A stretch of DNA of 64,000 nucleotides from Acidimicrobiia bacterium (GCA_031362155.1 JANLRZ010000056.1:39735-103734), one strand, 5' to 3'; counted from the first letter of the stretch, positions 29,931-39,796 are shown. The notes: generated by a model not told the origin, from the sequence alone. Translations and numbers: made by a program.

Positions 29931-30857
29931 TTGCTGACTCGCGCCTCTGCCTTTCTCGGCTCCGCGTGGTCCCGGCGCACCGTCCGTCCCGCTGACGGTC
30001 TGTTGCGCCTGGCCCCGGACACCGACTCCGACCTCCTCCTCGAAACCATCGACCGTGATGGCGGCCTCGTGATCTCGGGACTGCTCAGCCCCGAGGTGGT
30101 GGCTCGCATCGATGCGGACCTGGCTCCGTCGGTTGCCGCGCGTCAGCCCGGTTTTCGCGACGGCTTCGACGACACGTTCTACGGCCGCAACACCGTTCGG
30201 GTGCAGGGCATCCCCGCGAAGAGCCGCACGATGGTCGACGAGTACCTGCTGCACCCGACCCTGCTCGACCTGGCCGACCGCGTCCTGTTGCCGTTCTGCG
30301 GCGACTACTGGATGAGTCAGTCCGAGACGATCTTCATCGGTCCGGATAACAAGCAGCAGACGTTGCACCGCGACGACCTCAACTGGAACCTCGCGGCGAA
30401 GCTCGGCGTGCCGTTGCAGATCTCGTCCCTCGTTGCGCTCGGCGACTACGACGCCGAGGTCGGCGCGACCCGGGTGATCCCGCGGAGTCATCTGTGGCCG
30501 CTCGATCGGCCGATCGACGACTCACTCGCCGTGCCGGTCGAACTCCAGCCCGGTGACGCACTGATCTACCTCGGGAGCTTGGTGCACGGGGGCGGCGCGA
30601 ACCAGACCGCGGACCGGTGGCGCAAGGCGCTGTACCTCGCCTACCTCGTGGGTTGGTTGACGCCCGAGGAAGCGGTCGCGGTCAGTGTCGGACCCGATGT
30701 TGCGCGGACCTTGCCGTTGCGCGCCCGACAATTGCTGGGGTTCGCGGGGATGCCCGAACGGGCCGCCGCCGACGATCCCGCCGAAGCCGCGCTCGCGTTG
30801 TGGCAACTCGACGCCGACGACCCCCAAGTCACCGACGGCACCTTCCGGAATAGGTAG
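29931..30857 (+). CDS. Phytanoyl-CoA dioxygenase (PhyH) family Fe/2OG oxygenase; start uncertain
   Basis: QTLHRDD, GATRVIPRSH, PGDAL, HGGGAN..R. Confidence 0.85.
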   Translation: MLTRASAFLGSAWSRRTVRPADGLLRLAPDTDSDLLLETIDRDGGLVISGLLSPEVVARIDADLAPSVAARQPGFRDGFDDTFYGRNTVRVQGIPAKSRTMVDEYLLHPTLLDLADRVLLPFCGDYWMSQSETIFIGPDNKQQTLHRDDLNWNLAAKLGVPLQISSLVALGDYDAEVGATRVIPRSHLWPLDRPIDDSLAVPVELQPGDALIYLGSLVHGGGANQTADRWRKALYLAYLVGWLTPEEAVAVSVGPDVARTLPLRARQLLGFAGMPERAAADDPAEAALALWQLDADDPQVTDGTFRNR

Positions 30858-30899
30858 GGGTTCTTCGCCACTGCTCATCGCCATCTGCTCGTCACGTCT

Positions 30900-30981
30900 G
30901 CTCGTCCGGTCGCCATCTCGGTGCTCGCGTGCGCCGTGGGCTCCCTCCCGAGCTGCTCGCCTCCGCAAGCTCCGGCTCGGG
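30900..30981 (+). repeat. REP-like intergenic repeat, family A copy 2
   Basis: ctcccgagctgctcgSctccgcaagctccgSctcggg shared with 60151-60187 (rc). Confidence 0.75.
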
Positions 30982-31020
30982 TTGGCGCGAGCGCGAACGG
31001 TCGTTCGAGTGGTGCTGGGG

Positions 31021-32034
31021 TCAGGGCAGCCATCCCACCGGCTTGTTGTCGATGATTTGATCGAGGTACTCGGAGAGGCCGTATCCGGTGTGGCCGTTCC
31101 AGTGCCACTCGGTCATGCCTTCCGAGATGCGGGTGACGAGTTGCTCGCCCTCGGGTGAGGTGCGCCGGTTCCGCAGTGGGATCAAGTTCAACACCGAACC
31201 GGTGATCTCGTACTCCCGGTCGCCCGCGCCGGCCGTGACCCGGATCTCCTGGTGATAAAGGTCGTCGCCGACCCAGTCGGTCTCGATCGTGGCGCGGTCG
31301 ATGTGGCGGTATTCGCCGTCCTCGAGTGCGATCCCGCCGATGCGCTGCTTGCCGTCACGGGCCGTGACGATCGAGATCATGAAGCCGCTGTGGTCGTCGA
31401 AGTTCATCGTGAGCCAGCGGTACCACCATGGTGCTTGCCAGAAGCGCGGGCCCCACGAGTGATCGCGCAGGCCGTAGCCGTCGACGACCCACTCGTCGTC
31501 GCCGACTTTGATGACGCCGCGCGCGCCGACGTGCTGCTCGTAGTGGCCGCGCGCGAAGCCGCCGGAGAGATCCTCGGTGAGCGGGGAGCCGTCGTCGTTG
31601 ACTGGCTCGCCACCGAACATCGGCGCGATGCCCCGATAGTCCAGTTCGACGTGGCATTCGAGGTAGGGGTTCTCGGTGAAGGCCTGGCGCGGGTTGGCCA
31701 TCTGGAGCGGCTCGTCGAGGATGCAGACCTTGCCCGTGTAGGTGGTCCGCAACGCTTCGAACGGAGTGACGACCTCGAATTTCATGCCACCGGCATCGAA
31801 TGCGTCGTTGGTGGTGATCTCGGGCCGGCCGAACATGAATCCGACGCGACCGTCGGGCAGGTACAGGCAGGTGGTCATCTCGGCGTAACCCTCGTTGGCG
31901 CGGTTGCCGAGGCGCAGGAACCCGCCGATCTTCTCGGCTGGGTCGTAGACGTTGAAGTACATGCTCTCGTTGAAGTTGGTCGCGGCTTCGAGCGGGTGCA
32001 TGTACTCGTCTTGGGGGTCCAATCGAATCTTCAT
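31021..32034 (-). CDS. Hypothetical protein, CrtC/tocopherol-cyclase-like beta fold
   Basis: NESMYFN, HYEQ, GLRDHSWGPR, GYGLSEY. Confidence 0.75.
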   Translation of the reverse strand: MKIRLDPQDEYMHPLEAATNFNESMYFNVYDPAEKIGGFLRLGNRANEGYAEMTTCLYLPDGRVGFMFGRPEITTNDAFDAGGMKFEVVTPFEALRTTYTGKVCILDEPLQMANPRQAFTENPYLECHVELDYRGIAPMFGGEPVNDDGSPLTEDLSGGFARGHYEQHVGARGVIKVGDDEWVVDGYGLRDHSWGPRFWQAPWWYRWLTMNFDDHSGFMISIVTARDGKQRIGGIALEDGEYRHIDRATIETDWVGDDLYHQEIRVTAGAGDREYEITGSVLNLIPLRNRRTSPEGEQLVTRISEGMTEWHWNGHTGYGLSEYLDQIIDNKPVGWLP

Positions 32035-32124
32035 CGGCGCATTCTTGCCATGTTTGGCGCGCGTGCGCTCGAATGCGACGCCGGCCACGGTCGTGGGTGG
32101 TCGAATCGAGTCCAGGAGCAGCGC

Positions 32125-33051
32125 ATGGAGATCACCGAGGTCGCGACCGGATTGCAGTTCCCCGAAGGCCCGGTGTGGATGCCCGACGGCACGGTGCTGT
32201 GCGTCGAACTCAAAGGGCGGACGGTCGTGCGCGTCCACCTCGACGGCCGGGTGGAGACCGTGGCAACGCCGGGCGGAAGTCCGAATGGGCTCGCGATCGG
32301 CCCGGATGGCGCGGCGTACGTGTGCAACAGCGGCGGCTGGGGATTCGCGGACGTCATGGGGATGACCGTGCCCGACGTGCGCCAACCCGACGACTACACG
32401 GGTGGTCGGATCGAACGGGTGGATCTCGACACCGGCGAAGTCATGGTGCTCTACACCGAGTGCGACGGTAACGAGTTGGTCGGTCCCAACGACCTCGTGT
32501 TCGACGCCGCGGGCGGCATGTGGTTCACCGACCACGGCAAGCAGCGCGGCCGCGTGCACACGATCGGCGCGGTGTATTACGCGGCGGCCGATGGTTCGTC
32601 GATCCGCGAAGTGATCTTCCCGCTCGACTCGCCGAATGGCATCGGCTTGTCACCGGGAGGTGACCGGCTCTACGTGGCCGAGACCCACACCGGGCGCGTG
32701 TTCTGGTGGGCGATCGAATCCCCGGGGGTGCTCGCCGACGGCGGTCCGGTCGGCAACGGCGGCACCCTGCTCGCGGGCCTTCCCGGGATGCAGTTGCTCG
32801 ACTCGTTGGGCGTGGACAGTGCTGGGAACGTGGTCGTCGGTACGATCTTTAACGGCGGCCTCACCGTGATCTCACCTGACGCCGACGGCTCGGGCATCAA
32901 CGGCGTCGAACACATCGCGCTACCGGACCTGCTGGTGACCAACGTGTGTTTCGGTGGCCCGGACCTCTCGACCGCGTTCGTCACGTGCTCGGGCACCGGG
33001 AAGTTGGTGTCGTTGCCGTGGACCCGCCCGGGCCTCGCGCTGGAGTTCTGA
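32125..33051 (+). CDS. SMP-30/gluconolactonase family protein
   Basis: FPEGPVW, PNGLA, PNDL, PNGIGLSP, TNVCFGG; SD AGGAG. Confidence 0.92.
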   Translation: MEITEVATGLQFPEGPVWMPDGTVLCVELKGRTVVRVHLDGRVETVATPGGSPNGLAIGPDGAAYVCNSGGWGFADVMGMTVPDVRQPDDYTGGRIERVDLDTGEVMVLYTECDGNELVGPNDLVFDAAGGMWFTDHGKQRGRVHTIGAVYYAAADGSSIREVIFPLDSPNGIGLSPGGDRLYVAETHTGRVFWWAIESPGVLADGGPVGNGGTLLAGLPGMQLLDSLGVDSAGNVVVGTIFNGGLTVISPDADGSGINGVEHIALPDLLVTNVCFGGPDLSTAFVTCSGTGKLVSLPWTRPGLALEF

Positions 33052-33145
33052 CCGGGACTGCACTGGTCGGCCGCGGGATCTGACGTTCGGTCGGCTCGAC
33101 GCCTATCGTCGCCCGCTGCGTCCGTTCGCTCTGGAGGAGTCTGCC

Positions 33146-34288
33146 GTGTCGGGTCCGTTGTCGGGAATCAAGGTCGTCGAGATCGCCGGGATCGGGCCGG
33201 GCCCCTTCGCGGCGATGATGCTGGCCGACCTGGGTGCCGACGTCATTCGAGTCGACCGGGCGCAGGCGGTCGGGCGCAGCACCGACCGGCCGAACCTCGA
33301 GATCCTGAGTCGCGGCCGGCGCTCGATCGGCGTCGACCTCAAGCACCCCGAGGGCGTCGAGACCGTCCTGAAACTGGTCGACCAAGCCGATGCTCTGGTC
33401 GAAGGGTTTCGCCCTGGAGTCGCCGATCGGCTCGGCATCGGCCCGGACACGTGCTTGGCTCGTAACCCGAAGCTGGTGTACGGCCGGATGACGGGGTGGG
33501 GCCAGGACGGTCCGTACGCCCAGGCCGCGGGCCACGACATCAACTACATCGCGCTCGCCGGCGCGCTGGCTCACTTCGGCCGGGTCGGTGAGAAGCCGAC
33601 GCCGCCGATCAACCTGGTGGGCGACTTCGGTGGCGGCGGCATGCTCATGGCTTTCGGCGTGGCGTGCGCGCTCGTGGAGTCGGGCCGGAGCGGTCAGGGT
33701 CAGGTGATCGACGCCGCGATGGTCGACGGCGCGGCGACCCTCATGGCGATGATGTGGGGATTCCGGGCCATGGGGTTCTGGGGCCCGGCCGGTACGAACC
33801 TGCTCGACACCGGTGCACCGTTCTATGACACGTACGAGACCTCGGACGGGAAGTACATCTCACTGGGTTCGCTCGAACCGCAGTTCTACGCGGAACTGGT
33901 CACGCGCGCCGGGTTGACCGAAACCGTCGAGCTCGCGGGCCAGATGGATCAGAGCACCTGGCCGGATCTGCGCGAGCGCTTCACCGCGTTGTTCCTCAAC
34001 AAGACGCGTGACGAGTGGTGCGAGATCATGGAGATGACCGACGTGTGCTTCGCTCCGGTCCTGACCATGGACGAGGCCGCCGTCCACCCTCATCTCCAAG
34101 CGCGCCAGACCATCGTCGAGGACAACGGGGTGTTGCAGCCGGCGCCGGCACCGCGGTTCAGCCGAACGCCCGGCGCGATTCAGCGTCCGCCGGCATGGCC
34201 CGGCGAGCACACCGACGAGGTCCTGGCCGACTGGGGCTTCACCGACGACGCGATCGGTTCGCTGCGAAGTGGTGGCGCAATCGCGTGA
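33146..34288 (+). CDS. CaiB/BaiF CoA-transferase, alpha-methylacyl-CoA racemase-like
   Basis: AGIGPGPF, EGFRPGV, GHDINY, GDFGGG. Confidence 0.92.
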   Translation: MSGPLSGIKVVEIAGIGPGPFAAMMLADLGADVIRVDRAQAVGRSTDRPNLEILSRGRRSIGVDLKHPEGVETVLKLVDQADALVEGFRPGVADRLGIGPDTCLARNPKLVYGRMTGWGQDGPYAQAAGHDINYIALAGALAHFGRVGEKPTPPINLVGDFGGGGMLMAFGVACALVESGRSGQGQVIDAAMVDGAATLMAMMWGFRAMGFWGPAGTNLLDTGAPFYDTYETSDGKYISLGSLEPQFYAELVTRAGLTETVELAGQMDQSTWPDLRERFTALFLNKTRDEWCEIMEMTDVCFAPVLTMDEAAVHPHLQARQTIVEDNGVLQPAPAPRFSRTPGAIQRPPAWPGEHTDEVLADWGFTDDAIGSLRSGGAIA

Positions 34289-34305
34289 GCGTCTCGCCGC
34301 GCTGA

Positions 34306-35142
34306 TCAGGCGGTTGGGCGGGAACCCACCGAGCTGGGAACGTGCTCGCGAGTGCGCTCGCTGGCCGATTGCACGCTGCGTGTGAGCTTCGCGACCCGAT
34401 CGTCGACGGACGGACGCTGCAGTTTGGAGACTGGGAACGGCACGGGCGCGGGGACGGTGCTGGGCGCGACGGCGGCGGGCGTGGACGGCAGGAGGTCGCC
34501 GCTCACGGTCGAGACTGTCTCGGTCGGAGGCCGCGCCGCCGCGACCTTGGCTTTCGCGGCGGCGACCCTCGGGTTGGGTCGCGTCTCGCGTGGCTTGGTG
34601 GACGCGAGGACTCGCACGCCCGTCAGGAAGACGATGAGGGTGGAGACGACGAGCACCATCGCCTGCACGGCCCGATTGGCGCTGTCGGTTCCGGCCGCGA
34701 ACAGATGGATCGACGCCAGCACATAGAGCGGGAACGACAGCATGTGGACGCTGCGCCACCACTGCTTGGGGAATCGGCGGCCGAGCAACGAGGTGATCTC
34801 GATGGCGACGAGGAGGTACATGCCGACGATGCCCCAAGCGATCGCGCCGGGATGCCAGGTCGTCGACATCGGGACGAAGAGGTCGGACCAGCCCCAGTGG
34901 GTGTAGCCGTCGAGCGGAAGCGCGCCGACGTGGACTGCGACGAACACCACTGCAAGGCCACCGAGGTGACGATGAAGATCGAGCACCCACGCCGGTGCGG
35001 TGCTGCGGTGCAGGGTCTTGTTGGTGAGGAACAGTCCCCAGAGCACCGCCACGGCCAAGAGCGCCCAGGAGACGAATCCACTCGCGCGCGTCACGTACCA
35101 CCAGGTCTTCGGGTCGATGTTCATGGATGGGTCAACTCCCAC
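34306..35142 (-). CDS. Ferric reductase-like transmembrane (heme b) domain protein
   Basis: WWYVTRASG, LHRHL..VH, WRSVH..IH His pairs, AGTD; start at 35142 or 35124. Confidence 0.85.
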   Translation of the reverse strand: MGVDPSMNIDPKTWWYVTRASGFVSWALLAVAVLWGLFLTNKTLHRSTAPAWVLDLHRHLGGLAVVFVAVHVGALPLDGYTHWGWSDLFVPMSTTWHPGAIAWGIVGMYLLVAIEITSLLGRRFPKQWWRSVHMLSFPLYVLASIHLFAAGTDSANRAVQAMVLVVSTLIVFLTGVRVLASTKPRETRPNPRVAAAKAKVAAARPPTETVSTVSGDLLPSTPAAVAPSTVPAPVPFPVSKLQRPSVDDRVAKLTRSVQSASERTREHVPSSVGSRPTA

Positions 35143-35632
35143 CCGTCGTGGGCGGTGGTGGTGGAGGAGGAGGCGGAGGACTGGTAGGAGGTGGCGTCGG
35201 CGCGGCGGTGGGCGGCGGCGTCGGCGTCGGCGCGGGAGCGGGGCTCGGTGCCGCGGCGGTGGGGGCCGGCGTGGAAGCCGCCGGTGCGGTCGAGGCTCCG
35301 CCGGCGGCGGGAGCCGCGGCGCCCGTGGCCGTCACGGAACTGGCGTTGGGAGCCGGGCTCCCGGGAGTCGGCGGAGGTGGGGCACCGGCCGCGGGGGTGG
35401 CCGCCTGGGCCGCGGCGAGCGCGGCGAGGTCGGAGGGAGTCACCGATCCCGATGGGTCGACCGCGGCCGCGAGCGCAGGGCTGGTGCCGGTGCCGGTCGA
35501 ACTCGCGGCGGATGCGGCCGTCGGTGTCGGCGCCCCGGACGCGAGCACCGCAACGATGACGAACGTCGCGGTGGTACTCACACCCGTGGCGAGGACGCGA
35601 GCCGCCGCGGCCGGCTTCTTCCGGTCAGTCAC
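35132..35632 (-). CDS. Pro/Ala/Thr-rich membrane-anchored hypothetical protein
   Basis: AARVLATGVS plus TM, low-complexity tail ending PPPTTGGS; overlaps both neighbours. Confidence 0.7.
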   Translation of the reverse strand: MTDRKKPAAAARVLATGVSTTATFVIVAVLASGAPTPTAASAASSTGTGTSPALAAAVDPSGSVTPSDLAALAAAQAATPAAGAPPPPTPGSPAPNASSVTATGAAAPAAGGASTAPAASTPAPTAAAPSPAPAPTPTPPPTAAPTPPPTSPPPPPPPPPPTTGGS

Positions 35633-36044
35633 TCGAGCCTCCGTGCGCGTGGCACCACTCTTCTCGAGCGTGTTTGTACGCCTCGGGGAGACCGTCGTCG
35701 CTGCCGGCGCAGTTGAACGGGGGCCTCGTGGTGGTCGTCGTGGGTGTCGCGGCGGGCGGCCGCGTGCCAGGCGAGGGCGATCCGGGTTGGGTCGTGGAGG
35801 TGGACGGCCTCGCCTCAGGGGCAGCGGCGCTCGACGGATTGGTGGGATCGGCCGGGATGGCAGGGGCTGCCGGGCTCACCGTCGGCGACGCTCCGACGGC
35901 AGCCGCGGCGGCGGTCGGGAGCGACTTCGCCGACGCAGCGCTCGTGAACGGAGTGTGGCCGACCGTGGCACCGACCGCGACCGCGCCGCTGATCAAGCTC
36001 GCGGTGACTGCCGTTGCCATGGTCCAAGCCTTCCGATCCAGCAT
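35625..36044 (-). CDS. Exported Pro/Thr-rich hypothetical protein with C-terminal Cys/His motif
   Basis: SD GGAGG, signal-like N-terminus, FNCAGSDDG..KHAREEWCHAH. Confidence 0.7.
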   Translation of the reverse strand: MLDRKAWTMATAVTASLISGAVAVGATVGHTPFTSAASAKSLPTAAAAAVGASPTVSPAAPAIPADPTNPSSAAAPEARPSTSTTQPGSPSPGTRPPAATPTTTTTRPPFNCAGSDDGLPEAYKHAREEWCHAHGGSSD

Positions 36045-36155
36045 CGCTGCTACCTCCGCGTGACGGTGCGTCCTCAGGAGATATCGGCAGATCGCAGCGA
36101 TGAGCTGAACCGCAGTCAGGTCAAATTCGGGTCAATTCCCCATTCGCGGCCGTCG

Positions 36156-37265
36156 TCAGCCGTCGTCGGAGGGGAGCGCAGCGAGCGTGCGTGCGAGACG
36201 CTGCTCGAGTTCGGTGCTCGTGGCGCCGGTCACGGTGACGTGCCCGACCTTACGGCCGGGGCGAGCGGACTTTCCGTACGCGTGGACATGGACACCGTCG
36301 ATGCCGAGCAACGCGGCGGGCTCGGGCACGTACCCGATGCAGTTGATCATGGCGCTCACGCCGCTCGCGGCCGTCTCGCCGAGCGGCCAACCCAACACCG
36401 CCCGCACGTGGTTCTCGAACTGGCTGGTGCGGGCCCCTTCGATGGTCCAGTGGCCCGAGTTGTGAACCCGAGGTGCCATCTCGTTGGCGATGAGCTCGTC
36501 ACCGACCTGGAAGAGCTCGACGGTGAGGACGCCCACATAGTCGAAGTGCTCGAGGACTGCGGTGGCGTAGTCATCCGCACGTAGCTGGAGCGCGGGGGTG
36601 ACCTCGGGGGCCGGCGCGCGGGAGAGGCGCAGGATCCCACCGCGGTGTTCGTTCTGGACGAGTGGCCAGCTGCGAATCTCCCCATCGAGACTGCGCACCG
36701 CGATGATCGAGAGCTCGCGCTCGAACTGCACCATGCCTTCGAGCACCAACTCACCGGCGGGACCCAGATCAGTCCAAGCGGTTTCGGCCGTCTCGGCCGA
36801 GGAAATGACGGCCTGGCCCTTGCCGTCGTAGCCACCACGCCGGGTCTTGAGGATGGCGGGCGTCCCGATCGCGGCGAGCGCGGTATCGAGGTCGTCGCGT
36901 GATGCGACCGCAGCCCACGGCGCCACCGGGATCCCGAGCGCGGTGAAGGCGGTCTTCTCGGCGGCGCGATCTTGCGAGGTTTCCAGCGCCGGGGTCGGAG
37001 GTCGTACGACCGAACCCCCAGCTTCGAGGTGGCGCGTACTCGTTGCGGGAACGCCCTCCCATTCGTAGGTGACGACCGTTGCGGCGGCACCGGTTCGGGC
37101 CACGGCATCGAGATCGTCCAGATCTCCCACGATGAGTTCACTCACTGCACCCGCCGGAGCCTCGGCGGAGGGATCGAGCGAACGGATGTCGACGCCCATC
37201 GGCACCGCGGCGAGGGCGAGCATGCGGCCGAGTTGGCCGCCGCCGAGGATGGCGAGGCGAGTCAC
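36156..37265 (-). CDS. purK: N5-carboxyaminoimidazole ribonucleotide synthase
   Basis: GGGQLGRM, GYDGKGQ, NEMAPRVHNSGH, YGK..RPGRKVGH. Confidence 0.95.
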   Translation of the reverse strand: MTRLAILGGGQLGRMLALAAVPMGVDIRSLDPSAEAPAGAVSELIVGDLDDLDAVARTGAAATVVTYEWEGVPATSTRHLEAGGSVVRPPTPALETSQDRAAEKTAFTALGIPVAPWAAVASRDDLDTALAAIGTPAILKTRRGGYDGKGQAVISSAETAETAWTDLGPAGELVLEGMVQFERELSIIAVRSLDGEIRSWPLVQNEHRGGILRLSRAPAPEVTPALQLRADDYATAVLEHFDYVGVLTVELFQVGDELIANEMAPRVHNSGHWTIEGARTSQFENHVRAVLGWPLGETAASGVSAMINCIGYVPEPAALLGIDGVHVHAYGKSARPGRKVGHVTVTGATSTELEQRLARTLAALPSDDG

Positions 37266-37268
37266 GAC

Positions 37269-37808
37269 TCAGGCCAGCAACTGGAGTGCGGGTCGCATCG
37301 GGTAGTTGTCGAGGCCGGACACGATGCGACCCCAGAAGCCGTCGCGCCGAGCCTGGTAGGCGACGACGTCGCGCTGATAGTCGCTGAGCGCGGTGGCCGC
37401 CGGGCGAGACGCGACGAACGTGACGAGTGACGCGGTGAGGGGTTGGTTGGTCCGCATTCGGGGCGTGGTGGCCAACGCCCCGGCGCGAGCGGCGATGGCC
37501 TCGAGCCGGTTCGCGGTCAGCACTTGTTCCTCGGCGTTGCCGCCCGAGCGGATGATCTTCCATCGGGTCAGCAGACGGTTCATTTCGACGGTCACCGGGC
37601 TATCGCCGGCACCGGCGCCGGCGAGCGCGGCCGAGACCGCTTCCATTGCGGTGTAGCGCTCACTCAGCGGTGTCACGAGCGGTGCCCACGAGGAATCGGT
37701 CGCGTCGGCGTCCCTGCGCAAGCCGGGCCGGACCGTGACGACCAGCACCACGAGGGCCGTGACGATGATGACGACGAGAGCGCCGATGAGGCGACGAGTG
37801 CGATCCAT
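37269..37808 (-). CDS. LemA-like membrane-anchored helical protein
   Basis: N-terminal TM; SSW..L...L..RY; Y...V..Y...R..FWG pattern resembling LemA. Confidence 0.55.
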   Translation of the reverse strand: MDRTRRLIGALVVIIVTALVVLVVTVRPGLRRDADATDSSWAPLVTPLSERYTAMEAVSAALAGAGAGDSPVTVEMNRLLTRWKIIRSGGNAEEQVLTANRLEAIAARAGALATTPRMRTNQPLTASLVTFVASRPAATALSDYQRDVVAYQARRDGFWGRIVSGLDNYPMRPALQLLA

Positions 37809-37871
37809 GACGGCCCACCACCCTAGAAGCCCGTCTCCCCGAGTCGGTGAACCCTCCGATAAGGTCCGAAT

Positions 37872-38390
37872 GTGGCGGTTCCGCGAGCCGCGGTCGTAGC
37901 GATCCTCATCGCTGCCACTTCGTTCGCGGGGTGGTGGATGGGGCGTCACGAACCCGGCACCTCTTCTGATCCCGTACCCCCCGGCGCATCCTCGTTCGGT
38001 GCCGTCGTCACTCGGGCCATCGACGGTGACACCGTCCGCGTCTCGACGACCCGCGGTGACGACACGGTTCGGTTGCTCGGGATCAACACGCCCGAGACCC
38101 ACCACCCGACCAAGGGAGTCGAGTGTTACGGCCCGGAAGCGTCGGCCTACACGGAGCGCGTCCTGACCGGGCGGCGGGTGACACTCGAGCTCGACGTCGA
38201 ACACCGCGACCAATACGGCCGCCTGCTCGCGTACGTCTCGTTCGACGGTCGCCGCTTCAACGACGACCTACTCAGGAAGGGGTACGCCCGTCTCCTCGTG
38301 ATCCCGCCGAACGGTGTGCATGCACGCGAGATGTTGGAGGAACAGCTTGCGGCCAAGCGTGCCCGGCGCGGCCTGTGGGGCGCGTGCTGA
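37872..38390 (+). CDS. Exported thermonuclease (SNase) family protein
   Basis: IDGDT, VRLLGINTPE, DQYGRLLAYV, RGLWGAC. Confidence 0.92.
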   Translation: MAVPRAAVVAILIAATSFAGWWMGRHEPGTSSDPVPPGASSFGAVVTRAIDGDTVRVSTTRGDDTVRLLGINTPETHHPTKGVECYGPEASAYTERVLTGRRVTLELDVEHRDQYGRLLAYVSFDGRRFNDDLLRKGYARLLVIPPNGVHAREMLEEQLAAKRARRGLWGAC

Positions 38391-38403
38391 GGACGCTCCG
38401 AAC

Positions 38404-39753
38404 TCAGCGCAGTGACTCGATGATGTCGTCGGTGACCTCGGGGGTGCAGTCCGGGTGGAGATAGACCGCGCGCAGGACTGTCTCGCCGTGAAAGGTCGTG
38501 GGCACGACGAATGCGCGCTGGTCGCGCAACATTGCTTGGGACCACTCGTGGTACTGCACCGAGGTCCAACCCCGCCGGCGCCACAACACGACGGTCAACT
38601 CGGGGTCACAGATGAGCTCCAGGTGCTCCGCGGCGTCGATGCGGGCCGCCGCGTCGCGGGTGATTTCGAGCGTGGCCTCGACCGCGTCCCGGTAGGCGTC
38701 GGTCCCGTGCACCGCGAGCGAGAACCAGAACGGTAAGCCGCGGGCTCGCCGGGTCAGGTGGTACGCGTAGTCCGCCGGATTCCATTCTTCGCTGGCGCGG
38801 ATCGGGTCGAGGTACGGCGCGATCTGCGCGTGCGCGTGTCGAGCGATCTCGGGATCACGGTAGAGAAGCGCCGCACAATCGAATGGCGCGAACAGCCACT
38901 TGTGCGGATCGACGACGAAGGAATCGACGCGGTCGATGCCGACGTACTTCGCCGCGAGGCTCGGCGCCGCTAGTCCGGCGAGGCCGTAGGCGCCGTCGAC
39001 GTGCGCCCACACGCCGCGTTCGTGGGCGACGTCGGCGACGCCGGCGAGGTCGTCGATGGTTCCGCTGTTGGTGGTCCCGGCGGTGGCGACCACGGCGAAC
39101 ACATCGTCGGCATGCGGATCGGTCTCGAGCGCGGCGCGCAATGCCGCGCCGGTGAGCCGGTCGTCGGGCCCGGTCGGCACGATCAGCGAGTCGACATCCA
39201 TGATGCGCAGCGTGTTGGTCAACGAGGAGTGTGCCTGTTCTCCGAGCGCAACGCGCCAGCGGTGCGGCCGCTCCCGTGCTTCGGCGGCGGCCGATCGGGC
39301 GGCGACCAGCGCGGACAGGTTGCCGGCCGAACCGCCGGAGACGAACACGCCGCCCGCCTGGGGTGGCAGCCCGGCGAGATCGGCGATCCACCGCAGTGCC
39401 TGGTTCTCGGCGTAGACCGCGCCGGCGGCCTCCAGCCAGTCGCTCGCGCAGATGGCGGATGACGCGACCACGACGTCGAAGAGTTGGCTCGCCTTGGTGG
39501 GTGCGACCGGGATGAACGACAGGAAGGCCGGACTGTCGGCCGAGATGCAGGCCGGCGCGAGCACGTCGCGGAACCAACCCATCACGGTTTCGGGTGAGTG
39601 GCCGCTGGGTCCGATCGTGGGTCCGACGGCCGCGTCGAGTTCGGCCAGGGTCTGGGGCTGGTCGAGCGGGACCGGGTCCATGCGCAACCGAGTCGTGGCG
39701 TAGTCGAAGCAGAGTTCGATGAGTTCTTCGGTCGTCGCGTCGAAACGATGCAT
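38404..39753 (-). CDS. Group II PLP-dependent amino acid decarboxylase
   Basis: SGGSAGN, AHSS, HVDGAYG, DPHKWL. Confidence 0.9.
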   Translation of the reverse strand: MHRFDATTEELIELCFDYATTRLRMDPVPLDQPQTLAELDAAVGPTIGPSGHSPETVMGWFRDVLAPACISADSPAFLSFIPVAPTKASQLFDVVVASSAICASDWLEAAGAVYAENQALRWIADLAGLPPQAGGVFVSGGSAGNLSALVAARSAAAEARERPHRWRVALGEQAHSSLTNTLRIMDVDSLIVPTGPDDRLTGAALRAALETDPHADDVFAVVATAGTTNSGTIDDLAGVADVAHERGVWAHVDGAYGLAGLAAPSLAAKYVGIDRVDSFVVDPHKWLFAPFDCAALLYRDPEIARHAHAQIAPYLDPIRASEEWNPADYAYHLTRRARGLPFWFSLAVHGTDAYRDAVEATLEITRDAAARIDAAEHLELICDPELTVVLWRRRGWTSVQYHEWSQAMLRDQRAFVVPTTFHGETVLRAVYLHPDCTPEVTDDIIESLR

Positions 39754-39796
39754 TGGGGCACGGTACTGCCGAACGGGTGGCGCGAGGGTGTGAGCC

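Noticed and set aside
35140-35240. ggt/gga/ggc triplet runs as a tandem-repeat element
   Set aside because: Explained by poly-Pro and PT coding in the minus-strand ORF 35132..35632.
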